A stretch of 64,000 nt of DNA from Christensenellales bacterium (lineage in GTDB: Bacteria > Bacillota > Clostridia > Christensenellales > CAG-138), in NCBI GenBank assembly GCA_045114775.1, contig JBGULC010000023.1:17364-81363 (forward strand), given 5' to 3'. This document shows, in pieces, positions 34,461 through 44,808 of this stretch (positions within the stretch are counted from its first letter, which is position 1; the number at the start of each line of letters is the position of its first letter). Under the pieces are notes generated by a model. It was not told where the DNA came from. It worked only from the letters and a program-made list of their open reading frames with translations, and searched no databases. Position numbers and translations under genes: made by a program.

Positions 34461-34574
34461 AGCGGTTTCTCCTTTGTGTGCCTCTGTCATAAAGACATTT
34501 CAAAGCATGAAAGTGTTACATACAAATCAAACTTTTTCTATCAAAAATACCGCACACGGCAGGAAAAGGTTGCA

Positions 34575-34600
34575 AAAAGGGGAAACGGTTTGTTTCCCCC
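34575..34600 (-). terminator. Intrinsic terminator after prs
   Basis: Minus strand reads GGGGAAAC-AAACCG-TTTCCCC followed by T5. Confidence 0.7.
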
Positions 34601-34608
34601 GCGAGCGT

Positions 34609-35628
34609 TTATTCGTTTGTCGTTTCGAGGCTCATGTCCATCAGGCGCTTCAGGAAGCGATGATCGAACATCGTGCTCATCGGCGCGCGGTCGTGGATCG
34701 TCTTGACCGCCTGCGCGAACATCGGCGCGGCCGAGATCGTGCGGAGCTTGGTGCTCTCGTTCATGAACGGGCATTCGAGCGTATCGGTGGAAACGAGCCA
34801 TTCGTATTCGCTGTCCTCGATGCGGCGGACCGCCTTTTGCGTCATGACGTTGTGAGAAAGCGCGCCGTAAACGTGCTTTGCGCCGTTCTCCTTCAGCGCC
34901 CGTGCGACGTCGACGAGCGTGCCGCCCGTGATGGAGAAGTCGTCGACGACGAGGCAGTTCTTGTCCCTGACGTCGCCGATGATGTTCAGGACCTTGGCGT
35001 CGGTCTTGTGCGAATACCGCGTCTTGTCGCCGATCGCAACGCTGGCACCGAGCGCCGTCGCAAATCCGTGCGCGCGCTTTGCGCTGCCCGCGTCGGGCGA
35101 AACCACGACCAGATCCTCGTTCACGATGCCCTGCCGCTTGACGTATTCAATGAGCAGCGGACGCGCAGAGAGATGGTCGACCGGCTTCTTGAAGAAGCCC
35201 ACGACCTGATCCGCGTGCAGGTCCATGAACAGGACGCGGTCGACGCCGATCGCCTCGATGCAGTCGGCGCATACGCGGGCGCGGATCGAAACGCGCGGCT
35301 CGTCCTTTTTATCGCCCTTGGCGTAGGAGAAATACGGAATGATCGCGGTGACCGAGTTCGCGCTCGAGCGCTTGAACGCGTCGATCCAGAACAGCAGCTC
35401 GGTGAACTCGTCGTTCGGCTCGCGGCCGATCGGCTGCACGATATAAACGTCCTTGTCGCGGATGGATTCGTTGATGCGGACGAAGATGTTGCCCTCGTCG
35501 AACATGATTGTCGTCGCGTCGCCCATCTGCGCGCCGAGATAATCGCACATACGCTGTGCAAACGGCCGTCCCGTTCTGCCTGCAAAGATCTTGATGATTC
35601 CGGATCCGGTATACATTTTGTTCCCCAT
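34609..35628 (-). CDS. prs: Ribose-phosphate diphosphokinase
   Basis: Prs-type sequence (IIPYFSYAKGDKK, VVDDFSITGGT). The start is ambiguous between ATG 35628 and ATG 35616. Confidence 0.8.
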   Translation of the reverse strand: MGNKMYTGSGIIKIFAGRTGRPFAQRMCDYLGAQMGDATTIMFDEGNIFVRINESIRDKDVYIVQPIGREPNDEFTELLFWIDAFKRSSANSVTAIIPYFSYAKGDKKDEPRVSIRARVCADCIEAIGVDRVLFMDLHADQVVGFFKKPVDHLSARPLLIEYVKRQGIVNEDLVVVSPDAGSAKRAHGFATALGASVAIGDKTRYSHKTDAKVLNIIGDVRDKNCLVVDDFSITGGTLVDVARALKENGAKHVYGALSHNVMTQKAVRRIEDSEYEWLVSTDTLECPFMNESTKLRTISAAPMFAQAVKTIHDRAPMSTMFDHRFLKRLMDMSLETTNE

Positions 35629-35740
35629 GCCCCTTTTCAATGATATTTGCTCATAGCAAAATAAGTATATCACAGCCGTTCAAAAAGGGCAACCGTTTCC
35701 GCATCATTTTCCGACATTTTCCGCAATCCCGTCCGATGGT

Positions 35741-36439
35741 TCATTCTCTCCCGCCATCGTCCCCGCCGAGCGCGGCGCGCATCTTCTCGACGGCCTTTTT
35801 CTCGATGCGGGAGACGTAGCTTCTCGAAATGTCCAGAAGGTCTGCGACCTCACGCTGCGCCATCGGCGCGTCGCCCGAGAGACCGAAGCGCAGCGTCAGC
35901 ACGACGCGCTCGCGCTTTGTCAATACCTTTCGCATCGTTTCGGTGAGGATCGCCGCGTCGAGCCGTCCCTGCACCTGCTCGAAGATCGTGTCCGCTTCGG
36001 TGCAGACGAGATCCGCAAGCTTTAGCTCGTTCCCCTCCTTATCCGCCCCGACCGGCTCCTCGATTGAGACGGTCTCCACAAGCTTGCGCTCGCGCCGAAG
36101 GCTCATCAGGATCTCGTTTTCGATGCACCGCGCGGCGTACGCGGGGAGCGTGCCCTTCGACTCCGAAAACGTCGAGACCGCCTTGATAAGACCGATCGTG
36201 CCGATGCTGATCAGATCCTCGCGGTCGCGCTCCGCCTTCTGATACTTTTTCGCGATATGCGCGCAGAGCCGGAGGTTGTGCACGATCAGCGTTTCCCGCG
36301 CCTCCTCGGAGCCTTCGATCAGCCGCTGCACCCAAAGCTTTTCCTCCTCCGGGCTCAAGGGCTTCGGAAACGAACCGTTCGATCCGATCGCGCCGATAAA
36401 CGCGATCGACTGAAACAACAGCCATAAAAAAGAAAACAT
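35741..36439 (-). CDS. sigK: Sporulation sigma factor, SigK-like (pro-sigma), uninterrupted
   Basis: SFPKPLSPEEE pro-sequence junction and HNLRLCAHIAKKY region 2 favour SigK over SigE. ATG 36439 lies 7 nt after SD GGAGG. Confidence 0.75.
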   Translation of the reverse strand: MFSFLWLLFQSIAFIGAIGSNGSFPKPLSPEEEKLWVQRLIEGSEEARETLIVHNLRLCAHIAKKYQKAERDREDLISIGTIGLIKAVSTFSESKGTLPAYAARCIENEILMSLRRERKLVETVSIEEPVGADKEGNELKLADLVCTEADTIFEQVQGRLDAAILTETMRKVLTKRERVVLTLRFGLSGDAPMAQREVADLLDISRSYVSRIEKKAVEKMRAALGGDDGGRE

Positions 36440-36554
36440 ACCCTTTCCTCCCACGGATAGGGTATGTCGAATGACGGGGAATCAGAACAGATGCTTCGGC
36501 GGAACATCCGAGAATGCAGACCCGGTCTGCCAAAACGCGGTTTCGACGGACGGC

Positions 36555-37706
36555 TCAGTTCCAGTATTGCTTATACTTGTCCACGTTCGCCTGATGCTCC
36601 TCGTAGGTCTTTGCAAAGACCAGCGCACGCGTTTCGTTCGGATTCATGTTGCAGAAGAAGAGATACCCCTCTTCGAGGTACTGCTCGTCCGGATAGAGCG
36701 CCGCGTAGATCGCCGCCGCGCCGGGGTTCGAGATCGGTCCGATCGGCAGGCCCGGATTGAGATAGGTGTTGTAAGCGGACGTGATGGCCATCTCGTCCTT
36801 GCTGAAGGTATAGCGGTTCAGCCCCGTGATATAGTTCAGCGTGGCGCACGACTCCAACTTCATGCCCTCCCGGAGGCGGTTGTGGAACACCGCGGATACT
36901 CTCGGCATGTCCTCCGGCACGCTCGCCTCCCGCTCGATGATCGACGCGAGCGTCATGACCTCGTCGCGCGTCATACCGAGCTCCTGCGCGCGGCTGACCC
37001 ACTCGCCCTTGTAGACCTCGTAATAATGCGTCAGCATCCTGTCGAGGATCTCGGCCGGCGTGGAATCCGCATAGATCTCATAGGTGTCCGGGAACAGATA
37101 TCCTTCAAGCACATAGCGGCGCTCGGCAGCGTTCGGAAGCTCCGCAATGAACGAATACTTTTCAAACGCCGAAGCGTCGCGGCACATCGCAAGGAACGCG
37201 TCCGCATCGGTGTCGATGGCGTCGTTGCCGCGGATCTGCTTTGCGATCTCCTCGATCGTTTTTCCCTCGATCACGACGAACCGCGTCGTTCTGCGCGCCG
37301 GATTGCCCTCCGTCAGCACGTCGACGATCTCCGGGATCGTCATGTTCTTACTGAGGCGGTACGTGCCCGCCTTCAGATTGTTCGCCTTGCCGATAAAATC
37401 GACGTAGACCTTGAACGAGGCGCTGGACACGATCAGTCCCTTCTGCCCCTCGCCGCAGGCATGATAAAGAAGATCCGCGATCTGCCCCGCGGACGTATTC
37501 TGCGGGACGACGACCTCATAAGGGGTCGCATCCTCGGGATCGACGGCGGAGATGAAATGCGACAGCACGAACCGTACCGCAAAGACTACGGCAACCGCAA
37601 CCAGACCGATGCTCAGGATCCATGTTGCGATCGGTCTTGTATAACGCCAGAACCGCTGCCATCTCTGGCGCACGGCGCTCTGTTCGGTTTTGTCCGTCCG
37701 TTTCAT
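36555..37706 (-). CDS. mltG: Endolytic murein transglycosylase MltG (YceG family)
   Basis: N-terminal TM segment and the LEGYLFPDTYE motif. Confidence 0.85.
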   Translation of the reverse strand: MKRTDKTEQSAVRQRWQRFWRYTRPIATWILSIGLVAVAVVFAVRFVLSHFISAVDPEDATPYEVVVPQNTSAGQIADLLYHACGEGQKGLIVSSASFKVYVDFIGKANNLKAGTYRLSKNMTIPEIVDVLTEGNPARRTTRFVVIEGKTIEEIAKQIRGNDAIDTDADAFLAMCRDASAFEKYSFIAELPNAAERRYVLEGYLFPDTYEIYADSTPAEILDRMLTHYYEVYKGEWVSRAQELGMTRDEVMTLASIIEREASVPEDMPRVSAVFHNRLREGMKLESCATLNYITGLNRYTFSKDEMAITSAYNTYLNPGLPIGPISNPGAAAIYAALYPDEQYLEEGYLFFCNMNPNETRALVFAKTYEEHQANVDKYKQYWN

Positions 37707-37745
37707 ACCGTCAGTATACCATGTTCCGTTCCGGATTTCAAGCGC

Positions 37746-38087
37746 TCACGCTTCGAGCGCGCCGAGGTCCAGATCCACCGCCTTTGCAAGGATCTTATAG
37801 ATCTCGCCCAAAAGCCCGTTCAGCCGGAACTCGGCAAGCAGATACTCTGCCGCCGCCGCGTCGAACTGGAGAAGCTCGCCGAGCTTCTGAAGCTTTTCCG
37901 TCGTCTCATTGTCCGCCGTTCCCGCAACGTTCGCCGCCTGCGCCTTCATGCGCAGCGCATAGAACTCGTCCAAAAGCGCGGCGGTCGAAGGCTGCGCATA
38001 CGCGCGCGCCTTCGCCTCGCAATAGGTTTGGTATTCTTCGGACGCGCGAAGCTTGTCCGCCAGCGCCCTTGCATCGTCTAAAATCAT
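37746..38087 (-). CDS. YlbF/YmcA-family protein
   Basis: 113 aa helical protein; LADKLRASEEYQTY.EAK resembles the YlbF/YmcA family. Confidence 0.65.
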   Translation of the reverse strand: MILDDARALADKLRASEEYQTYCEAKARAYAQPSTAALLDEFYALRMKAQAANVAGTADNETTEKLQKLGELLQFDAAAAEYLLAEFRLNGLLGEIYKILAKAVDLDLGALEA

Positions 38088-39134
38088 TTATTCCTCCATC
38101 GATCCAAAAACGATCCCGTTTTCGACGCACCATGCGTCGTTGTCCGCCGCCCATTGGAAGAACAGCGTCTCGAAGTCCTCGCCGAAGATCTTTTCGAAAT
38201 CGCCTTGCCCGCTCGTCATATTCGCAAATACAAGGTCCCTGCCGTAATGCTCCACGAGCCAGTCGAAGAAGCAGCCCGCCTCATAATAACTCAGCGTCGT
38301 GAGCATCGGATGTTCGAACTGCTGCTCCGTCATGGTCATCGGCGCCTGGCTGACCGTAGAATACACGGCTCCGATCAGCGCACCTGCGCGGATCATCGCC
38401 GCACAACCGCGATACGCCTTTTCCATACTCGGGCTGCCGTCCGGATCTGTCATTCCCTGCGCCGCAACCTGCTTCAGCTCCTCTTCGGAAACGACAGAGC
38501 ACGCCATGCGGTTTTTGCAGACGATCCGCGATACGTATTCGGCGATCGCCTCCGACCAGAAAGTGCTGTCGATTTCATACGCGAAGCACCGGTGCGTCAG
38601 ATAATGCGTGTACTCGTGCAGCAGCGCCATTTTTGCCATCGTGAAGTCGTTGTAGACCTCGATGCAGGGAACGTTCCAACGGCAGTACGCGCCGTATGCA
38701 CCGAGCTGCGCCTTCTCCGTCCGACCGGAAAAGTCGGTGTAGACGTCGATGACCGGAACCTCCGTGAGATTGCCGTCCAACGCGGCGATCGCGTCGGCAA
38801 AATCGGCTTCCTGGTTTGCAAGGATTTCCCGCAGCCCTGCAAAGAACGCTTCTTCGCCCATAAGCTCAATGTCCGCCGCGGCAAGATGCCATGTTGCGTG
38901 CGGCGTGCGCACAACATACGCATAGGTATTCGAATCGCTCTTTTCGAGCCGGTATTCGCCGAGATCGACCTCAGGGAGATCGGCGTCCGGTTCGGCGGTC
39001 GGTTCCGGCTCCGCCGTCGCCTCGGGCGCGGCTGTCGGTTCTGCCGTCGGTTCCTGCGTTTGCGCCTTGCAGCCAAAAGCGCCGATGCAAAGGATCAGGC
39101 TCAGAAGAATCGCGATGATGCGAATGGTTTTCAT
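38088..39134 (-). CDS. Lipoprotein with HExxH motif (putative metallopeptidase), function unknown
   Basis: Lipobox AFGC, a PTAEP linker, and LLHEYTHYLTH. Its stop codon abuts the start of the next gene. Confidence 0.55.
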   Translation of the reverse strand: MKTIRIIAILLSLILCIGAFGCKAQTQEPTAEPTAAPEATAEPEPTAEPDADLPEVDLGEYRLEKSDSNTYAYVVRTPHATWHLAAADIELMGEEAFFAGLREILANQEADFADAIAALDGNLTEVPVIDVYTDFSGRTEKAQLGAYGAYCRWNVPCIEVYNDFTMAKMALLHEYTHYLTHRCFAYEIDSTFWSEAIAEYVSRIVCKNRMACSVVSEEELKQVAAQGMTDPDGSPSMEKAYRGCAAMIRAGALIGAVYSTVSQAPMTMTEQQFEHPMLTTLSYYEAGCFFDWLVEHYGRDLVFANMTSGQGDFEKIFGEDFETLFFQWAADNDAWCVENGIVFGSMEE

Positions 39135-39254
39135 AGAAAATGCCCCCTGTGACTTTTTTACGAGTATATTCTACCGCGGTTTTATCGGTCTCTCAACCGC
39201 GCGTTCAGCGGAATCTGACCGGTTATTTCCGCAAAAGCGGCAGGAAAGCGGCCG

Positions 39255-40901
39255 TTATATCTCGATCACGATCGGCAGGATCATCGGCGTGCGGCCGGTC
39301 TTGTCATACAGGAACGACTTGAGCCTGCTCTTTACCGCGCTCTTGACGTTCGGATACTCGCCCTTGTTCGCCTCCTCAAAGCGCTTTGCCGTCTCATAGA
39401 CGAGCGCGCTCGCCTCCTGGATCAACGGCTCGTTCTCCCGCATATAGATGAATCCGCGTGAGTAGAGCTCGACCGGATTGAGAAGCCTTCCGGTCTCCGC
39501 GTCGAGCACGATGACCGCCGATACGAGCCCGTCCACAGACAGGAGCTTGCGGTCGTGCAGCACGACGTCCTCGATGTTTCTGAGTCCGTCCACCATCAGG
39601 CTGCCCGCCTGCACGGTTTCCTTCATTTCGCCCTTGCGTGCCGAAAGCGTGATCACCGAGCCGTTGTGCGCGATGAAAACGCGCTCCGGGCTGACGCCCA
39701 TTTCCTTCGCGAGATCCGCGTGCATCTTGAGGTGCCGCGCCTCGCCGTGGACCGGAATGAAATACTTCGGCTTCACGATGCCGAGCATAAGCCGGAGCTC
39801 GCCTGCGCAGGCATGTCCGGACACGTGCACGTCCGCCATGCGGTCGTAGACCACGTCCGCGCCCTTCTCATACAGCGCGTTGATGACGCGCGCGACGCCG
39901 CGTTCGTTGCCGGGGATCGCGCTGGCGGAAATGATGACCGTATCGCCCGCGCCGACGTTCAGCTTGTGCGTGGCGTTCGCCATGCGGAAGAGTCCGCTCA
40001 TCGGCTCGCCCTGGCTGCCGGTGGTCATCACGCAGACCATGCTGTCCGGCAGATTTTTCAGGTGCTCGACGGTGACGATCTTGTCGGTCGGGATGTGCAG
40101 ATAGCCGAGCGTCTGCGCGTACTTTACGATCTGCTCCATGCTTCTGCCCTGGAAGCAGACCACGCGCCCGTGCTCGATCGCGACGTCTGCGACCTGCTGG
40201 ATGCGGTAAACGTTCGACGCGAACGTCGCCACGATCACACGGCCCTGCGCCTTCGAAAAGACGCGTTCAAAGGTCTTGCCGATCTCCCGTTCGCTCTGTG
40301 TGAATCCCGCGTGCTCAACGTTCGTGGAATCCGACAGCAGCGCCAGAACGCCCTTCGAGCCGTAATACGCAAGCCGGTTGATGTCGATCGGCTCGCCGTC
40401 GATCGGCGTCATGTCGATCTTGAAGTCGCCCGTATGGATCAGCGTGCCGACCGGCGTGCGGATCGCGAACGCGACCGCTCCGGCGATCGAATGTCCCGTC
40501 TTGATGAACTCGACGGAAAAACAGCCGAGCTTGACGACTTCATTGGGATCGACGTCGATCACCTCGACGTCTGTGAGATGATGCTCATCGAGCTTGTGCC
40601 GGATGAGCGCGTTGGTAAACCGCGTGCCGTAGATCGGGCAGCGGAACCGTTCCATTGCATAAGGGATCGCGCCGATGTGATCCTCGTGACCGTGCGTTAC
40701 GCAGATGCCGCGGATGCGGTCCCTGTTTTGTTCGAGGTATGTCATGTCGGGGATGACCACGTCGATCCCCGGCATCTCCTCGTCCGGAAAGATCAGCCCG
40801 CAGTCGATCACGAGGATGTCGTTCCCGTACTCGATCACAGTCATGTTTTTGCCGATCTCTCCCACCCCGCCCAGCGGGATGATTCTGAGTTTATGATTCA
40901 T
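39255..40901 (-). CDS. rnj: Ribonuclease J
   Basis: Metallo-beta-lactamase motif HGHEDHIG. 548 aa, with collinear RNase J domains. Confidence 0.9.
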   Translation of the reverse strand: MNHKLRIIPLGGVGEIGKNMTVIEYGNDILVIDCGLIFPDEEMPGIDVVIPDMTYLEQNRDRIRGICVTHGHEDHIGAIPYAMERFRCPIYGTRFTNALIRHKLDEHHLTDVEVIDVDPNEVVKLGCFSVEFIKTGHSIAGAVAFAIRTPVGTLIHTGDFKIDMTPIDGEPIDINRLAYYGSKGVLALLSDSTNVEHAGFTQSEREIGKTFERVFSKAQGRVIVATFASNVYRIQQVADVAIEHGRVVCFQGRSMEQIVKYAQTLGYLHIPTDKIVTVEHLKNLPDSMVCVMTTGSQGEPMSGLFRMANATHKLNVGAGDTVIISASAIPGNERGVARVINALYEKGADVVYDRMADVHVSGHACAGELRLMLGIVKPKYFIPVHGEARHLKMHADLAKEMGVSPERVFIAHNGSVITLSARKGEMKETVQAGSLMVDGLRNIEDVVLHDRKLLSVDGLVSAVIVLDAETGRLLNPVELYSRGFIYMRENEPLIQEASALVYETAKRFEEANKGEYPNVKSAVKSRLKSFLYDKTGRTPMILPIVIEI

Positions 40902-40928
40902 ATAATAAGTTCTTGTTTATTCCTTTCC

Positions 40929-41540
40929 TTAACCGGCGTTCCCGTAAAAGAACAGGTTGCCGCCGATGTCCTGATAAAATCTGCGTCCGCCCCAGCTCCT
41001 GCCGAGCCGCGACGCGCAGAAAAAGAGTATGTTTTCTGGCAGATCAAGGTTGCCGTACACAAAGATGTCCCGCGCGGCATCAACGATCGCCTCCGGCGGC
41101 TCAATGCTATTGAACCGCTTATGATGGATGACCGAGAACTGTCCCTTGCGGTATGCCTCCGTCGGGATATCGGTCACCTTCCCTCCGAACGATTTCGCCA
41201 CGCAGCGATTGTAGATCACGCAAAGCACCGCGCGATAGGCGCGTTCGTTGCGTTCGCCCGCCTCCAGAAGCGCCACGCGCGCGGCAAGAATAAGGTCCTC
41301 CTCCGTCACCGGGATCGCCTGCGCATAGCGCGACAGTGGCCGCATCCCGCGAAAGAACGCGGGGCCCTCGGCGTTGTGCGCAAACGCTTCTACCGTTTCG
41401 TCCGGTTCCTCCCAAAGGACCCAATTCGGATCCGGCTCGTTCGGAACGCTCGTCCCGTCTTCCGTCGCGCCGGTCTCTGCCGCCGCAGTCGAAAGCGGGA
41501 GCATGAAAATACAAAGCCAAACGATGAGAATACGCTTCAC
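40929..41540 (-). CDS. SleB-like cell-wall hydrolase (Hydrolase_2 domain), secreted
   Basis: AVLCVIYNR..GQFSV motifs. Signal peptide KRILIVWLCIFMLPLSTAAA begins at GTG 41540. Confidence 0.65.
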   Translation of the reverse strand: MKRILIVWLCIFMLPLSTAAAETGATEDGTSVPNEPDPNWVLWEEPDETVEAFAHNAEGPAFFRGMRPLSRYAQAIPVTEEDLILAARVALLEAGERNERAYRAVLCVIYNRCVAKSFGGKVTDIPTEAYRKGQFSVIHHKRFNSIEPPEAIVDAARDIFVYGNLDLPENILFFCASRLGRSWGGRRFYQDIGGNLFFYGNAG

Positions 41541-41574
41541 TGTCCGCCCTTTCCCGGGCGGACCGCGCCGCCCG

Positions 41575-42950
<1,376 letters not shown>

Positions 42951-42954
<4 letters not shown>

Positions 42955-43493
42955 GGACGGATCACCTCCACGTTGATATTGCCGTTGGTAAAGATGCAGA
43001 TGGATTCCGCGATCGCCATCGCCTCGCAGACGATCTCCTCCGCCGGCATCTCAGTATGCCGTTTCAGCGCCTTTGCCGCAGCGAGCGCATAGAGCCCGCC
43101 GGAGCCGATCGCCGCAATGCCGTCGTCCGGCTCGATGACTTCGCCGGTGCCGGACAGGATCAGAAGATCGTCCTTGTCCGCGACGATCATCATCGCCTCC
43201 AGCTGCCGCATGACCTTATCGCTGCGCCAATCCTGCGCCATCGCGATCGCCGCGCGTTTCAGCGCGCCGCCGTGCATCTCAAGCTTCGCCTCAAAGCGGT
43301 CGCACAGCGTGAACGCGTCCGCGACCGAGCCCGCGAAGCCCACGACCACGCGGTCGTGATAGAGCCGGCGGACCTTTTTCGCGTGCGCCTTCATGATCGC
43401 CTGCTGTCCCATCGTGACCTGTCCGTCGCCTGCGATCGCGGTCACGCCGTCGCGCTTGACCGCGACGATGGTGGTGCCTTTCAACTGTTCCAT
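42951..43493 (-). CDS. hslV: ATP-dependent protease subunit HslV
   Basis: [11 protein letters not shown]-terminal Thr protease motif. 4-nt overlap with hslU. Confidence 0.9.
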
Positions 43494-43506
43494 CGGATGT
43501 ACCTCC

Positions 43507-44808
43507 TCATAAACCGGAATTGTCCATGATCGCCCGAAGCTTGTCCTTCGCGCGGTTTGCGATCCGTTCGCAGCGCTCCTGTTTTCCGCGGACGCGTTCT
43601 TTGAGCGGATCCATGATGCCGAACGTCACGTTCATCGGCTGAAAATCGCCGCCGTTGTATTCGGCAACGTAGTGTCCGAGCGCGCCGATCGCGGTCTCGG
43701 ACGTAAAGTCGATCGCTTCTCTGCCCTCGAGCTTTTCGATCAGCTCGATCGCGGCGAGAAGCCCGCTTGCCGCGGATTCCACGTAGCCCTCCACGCCGGT
43801 CATCTGTCCTGCGAAGAACAGCAGCGGATCGGAGCGCAGCGAATAATCAAAGTTCAGAAGCTTCGGCGATTCGAGGAACGTGTTGCGGTGCATCACGCCG
43901 TAACGCGCAAACTCCGCATGTTCGAGTCCGGGGATCATGCCGAAGACCCGCTTCTGTTCGGGAAATTTCAGGTTCGTCTGGAACCCGACGATGTTATAGA
44001 GCGTGCCGTCGCTGTTATCGCGCCTTAACTGCACCACCGCGAACGGGCGTTTGCCGTCCGCCTCGAGCCCGACGGGCTTTAACGGTCCGTACGCCAGCGT
44101 CAGCTCGCCGCGCTTCGCCATGACCTCGACCGGCATGCAGCCCTCGAATACGCGCGGCGTTTCGAATTCGTGCAGCGGCGCGGTCTCGGCCTCGACGAGC
44201 GCGCGATAAAACGCAAAGTACTCCTCGCGCGTCATCGGGCAGTTCAGATAGTCCGCCCCGCGGTCGTAGCGCGAAGCCGCGAAGATCTTCTCATGATCGA
44301 GCGAATCAAAGGTCACGATCGGCGCCGCCGCGTCGTAAAAATGCAGGCTCTTGCCGAAGCGCGCCTCGATCGCCGCGCTCAGAGCGTCGCTCGTCAGCGG
44401 TCCCGTCGCCACGATCGCGGGCGAAGCGGGAAGCTCCGATACTTCTTCGGTCACGAGCGTCAGGTTCGGAAAGCGCTTGAGCGTTTCGGTGATATAGGTC
44501 GAAAACCCCTCGCGGTCGACGGCGAGCGCGCCGCCCGCAGGCACGCGCGTTTTGTCCGCCGCCTCCATGACGAGCGAGCCCAGCGCGCGCATCTCTTCCT
44601 TGAGGAGCCCGACCGCGTTTTGAATGCGATCGGAACGCAGCGAGTTTGAGCAGACGAGCTCCGCAAAGCCGTCGCCCTTGTGCGCGGGCGTGCGTTTTTG
44701 GGGTTTCATCTCGTACAGTGTGACGGGGAATCCTCGCGAGAGCAGGCGATACGCCGCCTCCGCGCCCGCAAGCCCCGCGCCGACGACGGTGACGTTCGGT
44801 TTATTCAT
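43507..44808 (-). CDS. trmFO: Methylenetetrahydrofolate--tRNA-(U54-C5)-methyltransferase TrmFO
   Basis: [15 protein letters not shown] fold. 433 aa. Classical topA-trmFO-hslVU synteny. Confidence 0.9.
   Translation of the reverse strand: MNKPNVTVVGAGLAGAEAAYRLLSRGFPVTLYEMKPQKRTPAHKGDGFAELVCSNSLRSDRIQNAVGLLKEEMRALGSLVMEAADKTRVPAGGALAVDREGFSTYITETLKRFPNLTLVTEEVSELPASPAIVATGPLTSDALSAAIEARFGKSLHFYDAAAPIVTFDSLDHEKIFAASRYDRGADYLNCPMTREEYFAFYRALVEAETAPLHEFETPRVFEGCMPVEVMAKRGELTLAYGPLKPVGLEADGKRPFAVVQLRRDNSDGTLYNIVGFQTNLKFPEQKRVFGMIPGLEHAEFARYGVMHRNTFLESPKLLNFDYSLRSDPLLFFAGQMTGVEGYVESAASGLLAAIELIEKLEGREAIDFTSETAIGALGHYVAEYNGGDFQPMNVTFGIMDPLKERVRGKQERCERIANRAKDKLRAIMDNSGL

Noticed and set aside
35741-36454. 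sigK interrupted by a skin-like element.
   Set aside because: The gene is continuous from the pro-sequence through region 4 (232 aa). No recombinase or insertion is present.
36455-36554. sigma-E/SpoIIID-type promoter upstream of sigK (CATACCCT resembling the CATACA-T -10 box).
   Set aside because: No acceptable -35 element lies at the proper spacing, so it could not be supported by eye.
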